From the NCBI GenBank assembly GCA_002773855.1, contig PEZY01000005.1, positions 8,237-72,236 on the forward strand: a stretch of DNA of 64,000 nt, read 5' to 3'. The notes below the pieces were generated by a model. The model was given only the letters and a program-made list of their open reading frames with translations, was not told the DNA's origin and did no database searches. Below, one piece after another: positions 27,769-36,850 of the stretch. Both the position numbers and the translations under genes were made by a program. The DNA is from Candidatus Buchananbacteria bacterium CG10_big_fil_rev_8_21_14_0_10_33_19. Its GTDB lineage: Bacteria > Patescibacteriota > Patescibacteriia > 2-01-FULL-39-33. Numbering within the stretch: the stretch's first letter is position 1; each line of letters starts with the position of its first letter.

Positions 27769-29775
27769 ATGAAAATACTACAAATTAACAAATTTTTATA
27801 CCCCCAAGGTGGCACAGAGACTTATCTCTTGTCACTGATTTCCCTATTGTCTAAAAATGGCCATCAAGTTATTGGCTTTTCTCAAAAAAATAAAAATAAC
27901 ATTAACTTAGCTGGTAAAGAATTTTTTATAAGTGATATTAAACTTAATAAATTTTATTTTAAAAATATCTTTAAAATCGGTAGAATTTTCTGGTCACTGG
28001 AAGCTAAAAAAAATATCCAAAAATTAATCGATAAAGAAAATATTGATATAGTTCATATTCATAATATCTATCATCAAATTTCACCATCTATTTTACCCGT
28101 CATTAAAAAAGCCGGCCTACCAATAATTATGACTGTACATGATTTTAAATTAGTTAGCCCTCATTACACTCTTTGGGCCACTAAAAATAATAAAAACCCC
28201 AAACCAGCTATTGCCAAAGCTTTAATGACTATGGAATATTTTTTTCATAAATCATTAAAAATCTACAAAAAAAATATTGACTTGTTTATTGCGCCTTCAG
28301 AATTTGTGAAAACTCAATTAATCAAGTCCGGTTTTGATGCGAACAAAATAATTGTTCTCCCTCATTTTGTGGAAACCATAAATCCAAATAACACAATTGA
28401 AGAAAAAAATTATCTAGTTTGTTTTGGTAGATTAGACGCTAGCAAAGGCATTAATGTACTAATTGAGGCTTTTTCTAAAGTTAAAAACGAAACAACTCTA
28501 AAAATAATTGGTAGTGGGCCAGCCGAAAAAAAACTTAAAAAACTAGCCCTAGATTTAGGCATCAAACACCGCATTGAATTTATCCCCCATTGTTCTAAAA
28601 CTGATTTAGAAAAAATTATAACCCAAAGTCTATTTACTGTTTTTCCATCACTAGTTCACGAAACATTTGGCCTAGGTGTTATTGAAAGTCATCTCCTGGG
28701 TAAAGCAGTAATCGCTACTAAAGTCGGTGCCTATTCGGAAAACATCGTAGACCAAAAAACCGGCCTGCTAGTTGAACCCAATAATCCCCATGAACTAACC
28801 TTAGCCATAGAAAAACTAATTACTAATCCCGACTTAAGGCAATCAATGGATCAATTAGCACAAAATATGGCTAGCCAAAAATTCACTTCCGAACTCCATT
28901 TAACTAAAATAATTTCTATTTATAAGTCATTAATAAATCAATCAACAGCCGCCAAAAGACATTATCAACTAGAAAAATATTACGCGAATAAAATTCTTCA
29001 GACTCCTACAGGTGAAGTTAGAAATCAAATAATTACTCAGGCCTACGATGCTATTAACTCACTAGTCAATAGCTATCGACCAGCTGGTATTAGAGGTCAT
29101 AACCAATCAACATTTAAATTAATAAAAAATCTATCTTCAAAAGAAAAAGCTATTTTAGATTATGGTTGTGGCGCTGGAGAATTAGTTAATCTACTAGCTA
29201 AAAATGGCTACCAAGCTACTGGCTTTGATGTCTCACCAGCTATGATAAGTGAGGCCAAAAAACAGGCTGAATCAAATAGTAAATTTATTTCTGGACAATT
29301 GGATAACCTAAAAAATAAATATGATTTAATTGTTATGGATAATGTTATTGAGCACATCGCCCCAGATGAAATCAAAGAGACTTTATTGAAATTAAAAACT
29401 ATTTTAAAAGATCATGGCCGATTATTAATTATTACGCCTCACCAGTTTTCTGGACCTCATGATATTAGCGGTCATTTTCTAAAATTAGGCAGTAAAGCTC
29501 AAGGCCTACATCTAAAAGAATTTAATTTACATGAACTTGTCAGTGATGTTAAAAAATGTGATTATAATCGTATCTATGGCTATTTTATAAACCCTAGAAT
29601 CAATGAGCTTATAAAACTAAATATTAAGCCTAGACAATTATGGTTAAAAAAATCACTTATTTTAGAACAAATATTTAACCATAAATCATTAAACTGGTTA
29701 CTAAGAATAAACAAGAAATTAACTAAACTATTAATTGCCTTGATGTTCCCGACTATTATCGTAGCGCAAAAATAA
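27769..29775 (+). CDS. GT4 glycosyltransferase fused to a class I SAM methyltransferase
   Basis: GGTE, HIHNIYH, MTVHD, ETFGLGVIES (GT4); ILDYGCGAG, NVIEHI (methyltransferase). Confidence 0.85.
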   Translation: MKILQINKFLYPQGGTETYLLSLISLLSKNGHQVIGFSQKNKNNINLAGKEFFISDIKLNKFYFKNIFKIGRIFWSLEAKKNIQKLIDKENIDIVHIHNIYHQISPSILPVIKKAGLPIIMTVHDFKLVSPHYTLWATKNNKNPKPAIAKALMTMEYFFHKSLKIYKKNIDLFIAPSEFVKTQLIKSGFDANKIIVLPHFVETINPNNTIEEKNYLVCFGRLDASKGINVLIEAFSKVKNETTLKIIGSGPAEKKLKKLALDLGIKHRIEFIPHCSKTDLEKIITQSLFTVFPSLVHETFGLGVIESHLLGKAVIATKVGAYSENIVDQKTGLLVEPNNPHELTLAIEKLITNPDLRQSMDQLAQNMASQKFTSELHLTKIISIYKSLINQSTAAKRHYQLEKYYANKILQTPTGEVRNQIITQAYDAINSLVNSYRPAGIRGHNQSTFKLIKNLSSKEKAILDYGCGAGELVNLLAKNGYQATGFDVSPAMISEAKKQAESNSKFISGQLDNLKNKYDLIVMDNVIEHIAPDEIKETLLKLKTILKDHGRLLIITPHQFSGPHDISGHFLKLGSKAQGLHLKEFNLHELVSDVKKCDYNRIYGYFINPRINELIKLNIKPRQLWLKKSLILEQIFNHKSLNWLLRINKKLTKLLIALMFPTIIVAQK

Positions 29776-29780
29776 ATATT

Positions 29781-31826
29781 ATGGATAAGATTATTCTAAC
29801 AATTGCTGTCACCCTGCTATTAATTCCTTCAATGGTCTTGGCTTTTGAATTGCCAAATCATAACTATCCTAGAACCGTAAATCTTTATTGGAAAACCCCG
29901 ATTACTATGGCTGAAGTACCAATTTTAGCTAAGTGGGATATGTTGGCTTTAGATATGAAGGCTCAAGTAGATAGTGCTGAAGCGATTAGAAAGATTAGAG
30001 CTCTTAACCCCGATATTATTATTCTGGCCTACACCACTGCTAACGAAGTGCCAAATGAAAGATTATCACTAGTCGAGCCAAGTGGCACTGGTTTGTGGCA
30101 TGAATTAGTAGCTGGCATTAAACCAGCTTGGTACTTAAAAACTTACACTGATGAAAAAATAACCTACTGGCCAGGCAATTTATCTATGAACCAATATGCT
30201 AGTGATGGCTTTGGTCATTATTACAATGATTATTTAATCAATTTTTATACTACTAAAGTTTTAGCTACTGGTCTGTGGGATGGTTTATTATTTGATAATG
30301 TTTGGGACACTATTGCTTGGGTTAATCCTAATATTGATATTGATGGTGATGGTCGCCATGACAGTGAATCAAAAATAAACCAGCTCTGGCAAACTGGTAA
30401 TCGGATATTTTTTAGAAATCTCAGAGAGAGATTAGGTGATAAATATTTAATACTAGGCAATGGTGAGGGTTCTTACAGTGAATACATCAATGGTCGCATG
30501 TTTGAAAGCTTTCCAGAATTTTGGGAAGGTGGCTGGTCCGGTTCTATGGAAAGATATTTTACCACCAACAAAAACGGTTATCAGCCTCGAGTAAATATTG
30601 TTAATGCCGATTCTGATAACACCGGACAATATATTAATTCTAATCGAATGCGTTATGGCCTAGTTAGTACTCTAATGTATGACGGCTATTACAGTTTTGA
30701 CTGGGGCACAGAAAAACGAGAAGACTTTTGGTGGTATGATGAATTTGATGTTAATCTAGGTCAACCAAAATCAACACCTATTAATTTACTTGATTTTACC
30801 AATGGTCAAATCAAAGGTGGTGTTTGGCAGAGGGATTTTCAAAATGGCTTAGCTATAGTTAATTCTACTAATGATTTACAAACCATTAATTTTGATCGTG
30901 AATACGAAAAAATTAATAGTCGACAAAACTCTGACATCAACAATGGTGGCAAAATTAATAGCCTAACTTTAATGCCAGAAGACGGTACCATTCTTTTGCG
31001 ACCAATTGAAAGTATCAAACAAGCGGTGTTTACCAATGGATCATTTGCCAGAATTTTCAATCAAAATGGCGATAATATTAGATCTAGTTTCTTTGCCTAT
31101 AACCCTAAATTTAATGGTGGTCAAAAAATCGCTCAGTTAGATATTGATAATGGTGGCCATGATGAAACAGTGGTAGTCGATAAAACAAAAATAACTATTT
31201 ATAGTGACTATGGTTTTATCGAAAATGAAATTACTCCATATGGCACAAATTACAGTGGCGGTATTTCTATAGCTTTTGCCGATTTAGATCATGATAATAA
31301 ATTAGAAATCATTACTGGTCCAGAAAATGGAGCTAACAATGAAATTAAAATATTTAATAGCGATGGTGTTCTCATTAATAGTTGGTACGCTTATAAAAAA
31401 GAGTGGGCCAGATTAGGGGTTAATGTCGCAGCTGGTGATGTCAATGGCGATGGTGAAATAGAAATTATTGCTGGTGCTGGTTACCGTGGCGGTCCTCATA
31501 TTAAAATATTTGATAAAACTGGTGCGACTCTAATTAGTGAATTTTTCTCTTATGATAAAAATTTTACTGGCGGTACTTATGTCGCTAGTGGTGATATTAA
31601 TGGTGACGGCTTAGACGAAATAATTACCGGTCAAGGTCCAACTGGCAAACCCATAATTAAAATTTTTAATTACCTAGGCGTACTGTCCAAAGAATGGCAA
31701 CCTTACAATCCTAAAAATAACAACGGCATCAGAGTAGCCGTCACCGATCTAGACGATGATAACATAGCTGAAATTATAGCTCTGAGCACTGATGTATTTA
31801 CCATAAGCTTTGCTGATTTTAAATAA
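29781..31826 (+). CDS. Secreted putative glycoside hydrolase with FG-GAP/VCBS repeats
   Basis: Signal peptide; LAKWD, WDGLFDN-like, NGRMFESF, WYDEFD; repeated GDVNGDG..EII motifs. Confidence 0.7.
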   Translation: MDKIILTIAVTLLLIPSMVLAFELPNHNYPRTVNLYWKTPITMAEVPILAKWDMLALDMKAQVDSAEAIRKIRALNPDIIILAYTTANEVPNERLSLVEPSGTGLWHELVAGIKPAWYLKTYTDEKITYWPGNLSMNQYASDGFGHYYNDYLINFYTTKVLATGLWDGLLFDNVWDTIAWVNPNIDIDGDGRHDSESKINQLWQTGNRIFFRNLRERLGDKYLILGNGEGSYSEYINGRMFESFPEFWEGGWSGSMERYFTTNKNGYQPRVNIVNADSDNTGQYINSNRMRYGLVSTLMYDGYYSFDWGTEKREDFWWYDEFDVNLGQPKSTPINLLDFTNGQIKGGVWQRDFQNGLAIVNSTNDLQTINFDREYEKINSRQNSDINNGGKINSLTLMPEDGTILLRPIESIKQAVFTNGSFARIFNQNGDNIRSSFFAYNPKFNGGQKIAQLDIDNGGHDETVVVDKTKITIYSDYGFIENEITPYGTNYSGGISIAFADLDHDNKLEIITGPENGANNEIKIFNSDGVLINSWYAYKKEWARLGVNVAAGDVNGDGEIEIIAGAGYRGGPHIKIFDKTGATLISEFFSYDKNFTGGTYVASGDINGDGLDEIITGQGPTGKPIIKIFNYLGVLSKEWQPYNPKNNNGIRVAVTDLDDDNIAEIIALSTDVFTISFADFK

Positions 31827-31850
31827 ACTAGACAATAATATTTTAAATAT

Positions 31851-32633
31851 ATGAAACAACTTCTAAAAAAACGCTGGGACAAACATTACGCTAAAGGTAA
31901 AAATAAAAGATATTGGCATTTAACTATTGATAGTCTTTTGATGGTAATAATTTTAAGCCTACTAACAATTAACACTTACTTATCGGCTAGTAACGCTGGT
32001 TTAGTTTTGGGTACTTATAATAATAATGATTTTATTGTCGAAAATATACCAGCTAATCAAACCAACAATTTAAATGACCCTAATAGTGCTACTACCACTA
32101 ATAAACAAACAATTACAAACGAGCCAACTGCTATAAAATCAACCAATATAAATTTACAATCTTTGGCTAGATACTACACCGCTAATGGTGATCAATTAGG
32201 TGTTGGACCATTACCGCCACAAGTTGGCACGGCTACCAAGTACTGGATTTTTATTAGTATAAATAATTTTACTCATGGTTTAGAGAATGTTTTGATATCT
32301 GCTGATCTACCAGATAATGTTGTACTAACTGGCAAATCTAGTGTCACTATTGGTGATAATTTAACATTAACTGATAATTCTAAACAAATTAAATGGCAAT
32401 TTAGCCAGTTAACTAGAGATAATCCAGAGCAAATTATTGGTTTAGCTTTTGAGGTGCAAATAACTCCTACTATAGACCAGGTCGGCTCTACAGCGAAACT
32501 ATTAACCAATATCAAAATATCAGCTTTAGACACAGTTACTAGTAAAATTATTACCAAGACTAATACTGATATATCCACGTATTTAAACCATGATAAAACA
32601 GCTAATTCTAGTGGCATTATCATAGCCGAATAA
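31851..32633 (+). CDS. Hypothetical membrane-anchored protein (Ig-like/DUF11-like domain)
   Basis: N-terminal TM; GPLPPQVG..T.Y motif, LPDNV, W. Confidence 0.55.
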   Translation: MKQLLKKRWDKHYAKGKNKRYWHLTIDSLLMVIILSLLTINTYLSASNAGLVLGTYNNNDFIVENIPANQTNNLNDPNSATTTNKQTITNEPTAIKSTNINLQSLARYYTANGDQLGVGPLPPQVGTATKYWIFISINNFTHGLENVLISADLPDNVVLTGKSSVTIGDNLTLTDNSKQIKWQFSQLTRDNPEQIIGLAFEVQITPTIDQVGSTAKLLTNIKISALDTVTSKIITKTNTDISTYLNHDKTANSSGIIIAE

Positions 32634-32650
32634 TCATCTAAAATAAGCCA

Positions 32651-32679
32651 AAAAAAACACTCTTTTATGAGTGTTTTTT
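32651..32679. terminator. Intrinsic terminator
   Basis: AAAAAAACACTC-TTTTAT-GAGTGTTTTTT. Confidence 0.8.
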
Positions 32680-32683
32680 GTTC

Positions 32684-32816
32684 TTGACATTTTTTACTAT
32701 TTATGATAATATACATTGTTAAGTGAGGCGTTCTCACTTTGTCCTTTTACAAAGAAGATGTGGCAGTTATCCACTGTGGATTATTGTCACATGTCAAACA
32801 AACAGGGAGAATTAAA
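32684..32816 (+). promoter_or_regulatory. Promoter and structured 5' leader of the lipoprotein gene
   Basis: TTGACA 32684, 17 bp, TG-A-TAATAT; hairpin AAGTGAG/CTCACTT; boxA-like 32741-32752; long hairpin 32758-32792; SD AGGGAG. Confidence 0.6.
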
Positions 32817-34337
32817 ATGAAAAAGTGTATATTGATGTCTATGATTTTTTGTATTTTATCTCTTGGTTTCGTGGGTTGCCCCATGGAACCGCCAATGGAA
32901 ACCGAAATAATGGTTTCCGCCGTGCTTCAGGATGAGGCCGACTATGTTCTGTTCAACGATGATATTTCGAATTTTAATCAAATTATGATCGCCAGCGACG
33001 CCGGCCCGGTACATGGTACACTGATGTACACTGGCGAACAACTTTCGAATCTGAAAGTCAACTTCACTGTTGACGGAGATCTCATTTCCGTAGATGTTTT
33101 TAGCACCGCTAAAACATTTGAAGACAGTGATTTGCTGGGCTATTTGATTGCCATTGGCATCATGAACTCGGCCAATGACTTTATGTTCGAAAGTGGCATG
33201 GAAGATAGCGTCCCCTTCAACTCCCTGGATTTCTATCTAGGGGAAGTGGTCGACTCTATGACAGTGGTGGCGACCAGTGCCAATGGTGCTGCGTTTATCA
33301 CTACCTTTACCAGAGAAGGTTCAGCTATTCAGGACAACTTTGTTCTAGTAACAGAATCATATCCTCTTGAAGGTGGAATGGTGACTGGTGCTGGCACATA
33401 TCCGGCTGGCAAAACGGTGACCATCGAAGCTACTCCGGCTGATGGCTATAGTTTTGATCACTGGATTGTTAACGGCACAGATGCCTACAACAATCCTGGC
33501 CTGATCACCATGGATAGTGATGTAATTGTAACGGCCGTGTTCACTCAGAACACAGTCACCAACTACAATCTGTCTATCACTGTTGAAGGTCAAGGTACCA
33601 CCACAGGCGCTGGTAGCTATGCGATGGGCACGGAAGTGACCATTACAGCGACACCGGCTTCAGGTTGGACTTTCGATCATTGGGTTGTCAATGGCACCGA
33701 TGCTCACAACAATCCTGGCACAGTCATGATGAATGGTGATGTAATGGTAGTGGCAGTGTTCACTCAGAACACAGTCACCAACTACAATCTGTCCATCACT
33801 GTTGAAGGTCAAGGTACAACCACCGGCGCGGGTAGTTATGCAATGGGCACGGAAGTGACCATTACAGCGACACCGGCTTCAGGTTGGGTATTTGATCATT
33901 GGATGATCAGTAATACAACGGTTTACGAGAGCGAGACAGTGGTGACAGTAAATGGGAATATGTCTATCGTAGCTGTATTTTCTACTGACGCCAATCCTGG
34001 TGGCTTGATCAAAGTCGATCTCACTTGGAATGGCAGCACTCTTATCCTTGACGCGAAAAACGCCAACCCAGGATCAATTGGCCTGGAACTTTACCATCAA
34101 TCTGGTGGAGCCCCTTGGATTGAACGTCAAGTATTTGGTGTCGATAATGGTAATGCCCATGACACTGTCACCGAGTTCCGACCCAATATTTTGCGATTTG
34201 GCGTTGTCTCAAATGACAATGTCAGTATTGATGGATATATACCCATAGAAACACTGACCGTCAAAATCAACGGTCAGAATGTTCCAATAGTGGACTCAGC
34301 CTTCCAGGTTGATGTTTCCACGCTTAATAGTAAATAG
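32817..34337 (+). CDS. Putative surface lipoprotein with three InlB B-repeat-like domains
   Basis: MKKC...LGFVGC lipobox; repeated G.VTGAG.Y..G..VTI.ATPA.G..FDHW; start chosen from the SD. Confidence 0.75.
   Translation: MKKCILMSMIFCILSLGFVGCPMEPPMETEIMVSAVLQDEADYVLFNDDISNFNQIMIASDAGPVHGTLMYTGEQLSNLKVNFTVDGDLISVDVFSTAKTFEDSDLLGYLIAIGIMNSANDFMFESGMEDSVPFNSLDFYLGEVVDSMTVVATSANGAAFITTFTREGSAIQDNFVLVTESYPLEGGMVTGAGTYPAGKTVTIEATPADGYSFDHWIVNGTDAYNNPGLITMDSDVIVTAVFTQNTVTNYNLSITVEGQGTTTGAGSYAMGTEVTITATPASGWTFDHWVVNGTDAHNNPGTVMMNGDVMVVAVFTQNTVTNYNLSITVEGQGTTTGAGSYAMGTEVTITATPASGWVFDHWMISNTTVYESETVVTVNGNMSIVAVFSTDANPGGLIKVDLTWNGSTLILDAKNANPGSIGLELYHQSGGAPWIERQVFGVDNGNAHDTVTEFRPNILRFGVVSNDNVSIDGYIPIETLTVKINGQNVPIVDSAFQVDVSTLNSK
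33537..33902 (+). repeat. 219-bp-period intragenic tandem duplication
   Basis: GTGTTCACTCAGAACACAGTCACCAACTACAATCTGTC... at 33537 and 33756. Confidence 0.9.
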
Positions 34338-34355
34338 TTAGTACATTTTAAACAC

Positions 34356-34392
34356 CAGGCAGTTAGCTTTCGAGCTTCTGCCTGTTTTTTTA
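34356..34392 (+). terminator. Intrinsic terminator
   Basis: CAGGCAG...CTGCCTG followed by a T run. Confidence 0.85.
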
Positions 34393-34452
34393 TTCAATTT
34401 ATAATTAACTTCTCCTATTAATTAAGTCTTTTAATAGACAAAGGCTACAACT

Positions 34453-34479
34453 AACACTTCAGACCTAGTCTGAAGTGTT
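34453..34479. repeat. Perfect 12-bp palindrome (REP-like)
   Basis: AACACTTCAGAC-CTA-GTCTGAAGTGTT with no U-tail. Confidence 0.6.
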
Positions 34480-34569
34480 CAATTTGTCTAAATTTAGGCA
34501 AAAATACAACGCCACCAGCTATTGACAAATTACGTATTTTTTGTTAGAATGAGTAGTTATATTAAACAT

Positions 34570-35706
34570 ATGAAAATAGCCTTAATCGGACAAAAAGGTA
34601 TTCCAGCCAAACAGGGTGGAATCGAAAAACACGTTGAAGAACTAAGCATTAGACTAGCTGAGGCTGGTTTTGACGTATCTGTCTATAGTCGCCCTCATTA
34701 TTCTGGTAAAAATATTAAAACTTATAAAAATGTTAAGCTAATATATTTACCATCTCTTAATACCAAAACTCTAGATGCTATTAGCCACACCCTAATTTCT
34801 ACCATTCATGCTTTGTTCCAAAATTATGACATCATCCATTATCATGGCGTTGGCCCTTCCCTACTATCTTGGCTACCTAGAATTTTAAAGCCGAATACCA
34901 AAGTAGTTGCTACTTTTCATTGTTTGGACAGAAAACACCAAAAATGGAATTGGTTTGCCAGACTTATGCTAGCTATGGGTGAGAGATCGGCTTGTTACTT
35001 CCCCCATCAAACTATTACGGTTTCTAAAACCTTAAAAAAATATTGTGAATACAGATTTGATAAAACCACCAATTATATTCCGAATGGTGTTAGTTTAAAT
35101 CAAGATGAAGCTAATTTAAATATCTTAAAACAATATAATTTAGAAAAAGATAGTTATATTTTTACCGCCTCTCGATTAGTTAGACATAAAGGTATTCACA
35201 CTTTAATTGAAGCTTACAATAAAATTCAAACTACCAAAAAATTAGTTATTGCTGGTGAAGGCGCTAATACTTACGAGTACGTCAAAGAATTAAAACAACT
35301 AGCAGCTGGTAACAAAAATATAATTTTTGTTGGCGAACAAATAAATGGTAATTTAAAAGCTTTATTTGCCAATGCTTATTTATTCATCCAACCATCAGAA
35401 GCTGAAGGCCTATCGATTGCCTTACTAGAAGCTATCAGCTACAACTTGCCAGTTATTATTTCTGACATTGAAGAGAACAAAGAAGTAGCTGGTAACCGAA
35501 CGACCAGTTTTAAAAATAAAAATGCTAACGACTTAGCTAAAAAAATAGATTTTGCTATTAATAATTATAAGCAAATAAAAATTAATACCGAACTCGCCAA
35601 AAAAGCTGTTGACAAAGAATACGATTGGAATAATATAGTTAATCAAACCATTGGCTTATACAAACAACCATTTAAATCTGTTTATAAACCAAGGCTAGCC
35701 AAATAA
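34570..35706 (+). CDS. GT4 glycosyltransferase
   Basis: MKIALIGQKGIPAKQGGIEKHVEE, PSEAEGLSIALLEA; promoter TTGACA 34522 / TAGAAT 34545. Confidence 0.92.
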   Translation: MKIALIGQKGIPAKQGGIEKHVEELSIRLAEAGFDVSVYSRPHYSGKNIKTYKNVKLIYLPSLNTKTLDAISHTLISTIHALFQNYDIIHYHGVGPSLLSWLPRILKPNTKVVATFHCLDRKHQKWNWFARLMLAMGERSACYFPHQTITVSKTLKKYCEYRFDKTTNYIPNGVSLNQDEANLNILKQYNLEKDSYIFTASRLVRHKGIHTLIEAYNKIQTTKKLVIAGEGANTYEYVKELKQLAAGNKNIIFVGEQINGNLKALFANAYLFIQPSEAEGLSIALLEAISYNLPVIISDIEENKEVAGNRTTSFKNKNANDLAKKIDFAINNYKQIKINTELAKKAVDKEYDWNNIVNQTIGLYKQPFKSVYKPRLAK

Positions 35707-35734
35707 AAAACACCGACACAAGTTGGTGTTTTTT
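35705..35734. terminator. Intrinsic terminator
   Basis: AAAAAACACCGAC-ACAA-GTTGGTGTTTTTT. Confidence 0.8.
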
Positions 35735-35812
35735 GATCCATTAATTGACAATATTAAATTAATACTGTAATTTAATTTTGTACTGGCACCTTAACAAGAT
35801 GGAGAAAGAATC

Positions 35813-36232
35813 ATGCAACTCTATATAATACCAGCAATATTTACATTGGTGAGTATACTAATGATTAGATTGACTTATCATTTTTTTAACACTAAATCAG
35901 ATACAAGCCTCATTAGTGTTTGTGTCATCGCCAGCACAGTATTTATCACTGTGAGTTTATTTACACTAGCTTTAGTCACTGTTAGGCTATTTGGAGGTTA
36001 CCAAGTCCACCAAAGCGATTTAACAATCAATAGTGTTTGTGAAGTACTATATGTGGCTGAGCCACAAATAGTACCTGCAACTAATTTTAAGCCGGAGAGA
36101 AAAAATTATCCGACATTAATTAAATTGCCCAACGATGATTTGCGTTTTTTTAGCTTAGACACAGCAATGCCTGTAGGTTTTATTAAAGTATTGCCTGATC
36201 ACAAACTTCAACAGTTTACGACTACACATTAA
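35813..36232 (+). CDS. Hypothetical 2-TM protein (paralog A)
   Basis: SD GGAG; shares motifs with the next gene. Confidence 0.7.
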   Translation: MQLYIIPAIFTLVSILMIRLTYHFFNTKSDTSLISVCVIASTVFITVSLFTLALVTVRLFGGYQVHQSDLTINSVCEVLYVAEPQIVPATNFKPERKNYPTLIKLPNDDLRFFSLDTAMPVGFIKVLPDHKLQQFTTTH

Positions 36233-36275
36233 TAATTCTCTAATCTATCATATTAACATCAAGGAGATTACTAAT

Positions 36276-36713
36276 ATGATCTATTTGGGTACAGCACTGT
36301 TGTTAATATTTAGTCTTATTTTTTTTGGTCACTCAGTCTATTTAGTAGAATATCATGATGAAGGGGAAAAAGGAGCTGGTATGTTTGTCAGCTCAATAAT
36401 TGGCCTATTATCTGGTATAGCCTTAGTAAGTGTGCTAACAGCAAACAGTTTTGTGGGCTACGCTGCTAGTGACAGCCAACTACCAATTAACGGCTTATGT
36501 GAAGTACTTTATTCTGATACTACAACTACTTATATTGGCAAAGAAAAAATTGAAGAAGTAATATATCCAACTTTAATAAAATTACCAGATAATCAATTTA
36601 GACTATTCAACTTGAAAGAAAAAATAGAACCTGGGTTTTTTAAAGTATCAAATGATTATAATTTAGTACCACTTCAAAGATTAATCGAACCAGAAATTAA
36701 AAAAACTGAATAG
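36276..36713 (+). CDS. Hypothetical 2-TM protein (paralog B)
   Basis: SD AAGGAG; CEVLY and YPTLIKLP shared with 35813. Confidence 0.7.
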   Translation: MIYLGTALLLIFSLIFFGHSVYLVEYHDEGEKGAGMFVSSIIGLLSGIALVSVLTANSFVGYAASDSQLPINGLCEVLYSDTTTTYIGKEKIEEVIYPTLIKLPDNQFRLFNLKEKIEPGFFKVSNDYNLVPLQRLIEPEIKKTE

Positions 36714-36743
36714 TATAAAATTCTATTTTTGATATAAACTCAC

Positions 36744-36774
36744 AACACCAATTAAATATGATTGGTGTTTTTTT
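36744..36774 (+). terminator. Intrinsic terminator
   Basis: AACACCAAT...ATTGGTGTT followed by a T run. Confidence 0.8.
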
Positions 36775-36850
36775 ATTTTACAAATAATATTGTTCAGTTA
36801 TCCAAAATTATGTTATAATTTAATTATCTATTACAAATACCCATGCTAAA

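Noticed and set aside
33537-33902. CRISPR-like or mobile direct repeats
   Set aside because: In-frame 73-codon protein domain duplication with no spacers
32651-36774. Integron cassette array
   Set aside because: No intI and no attC-like RYYYAAC...GTTRRRY sites recognised; the hairpins are ordinary terminators and the cassettes have their own promoters
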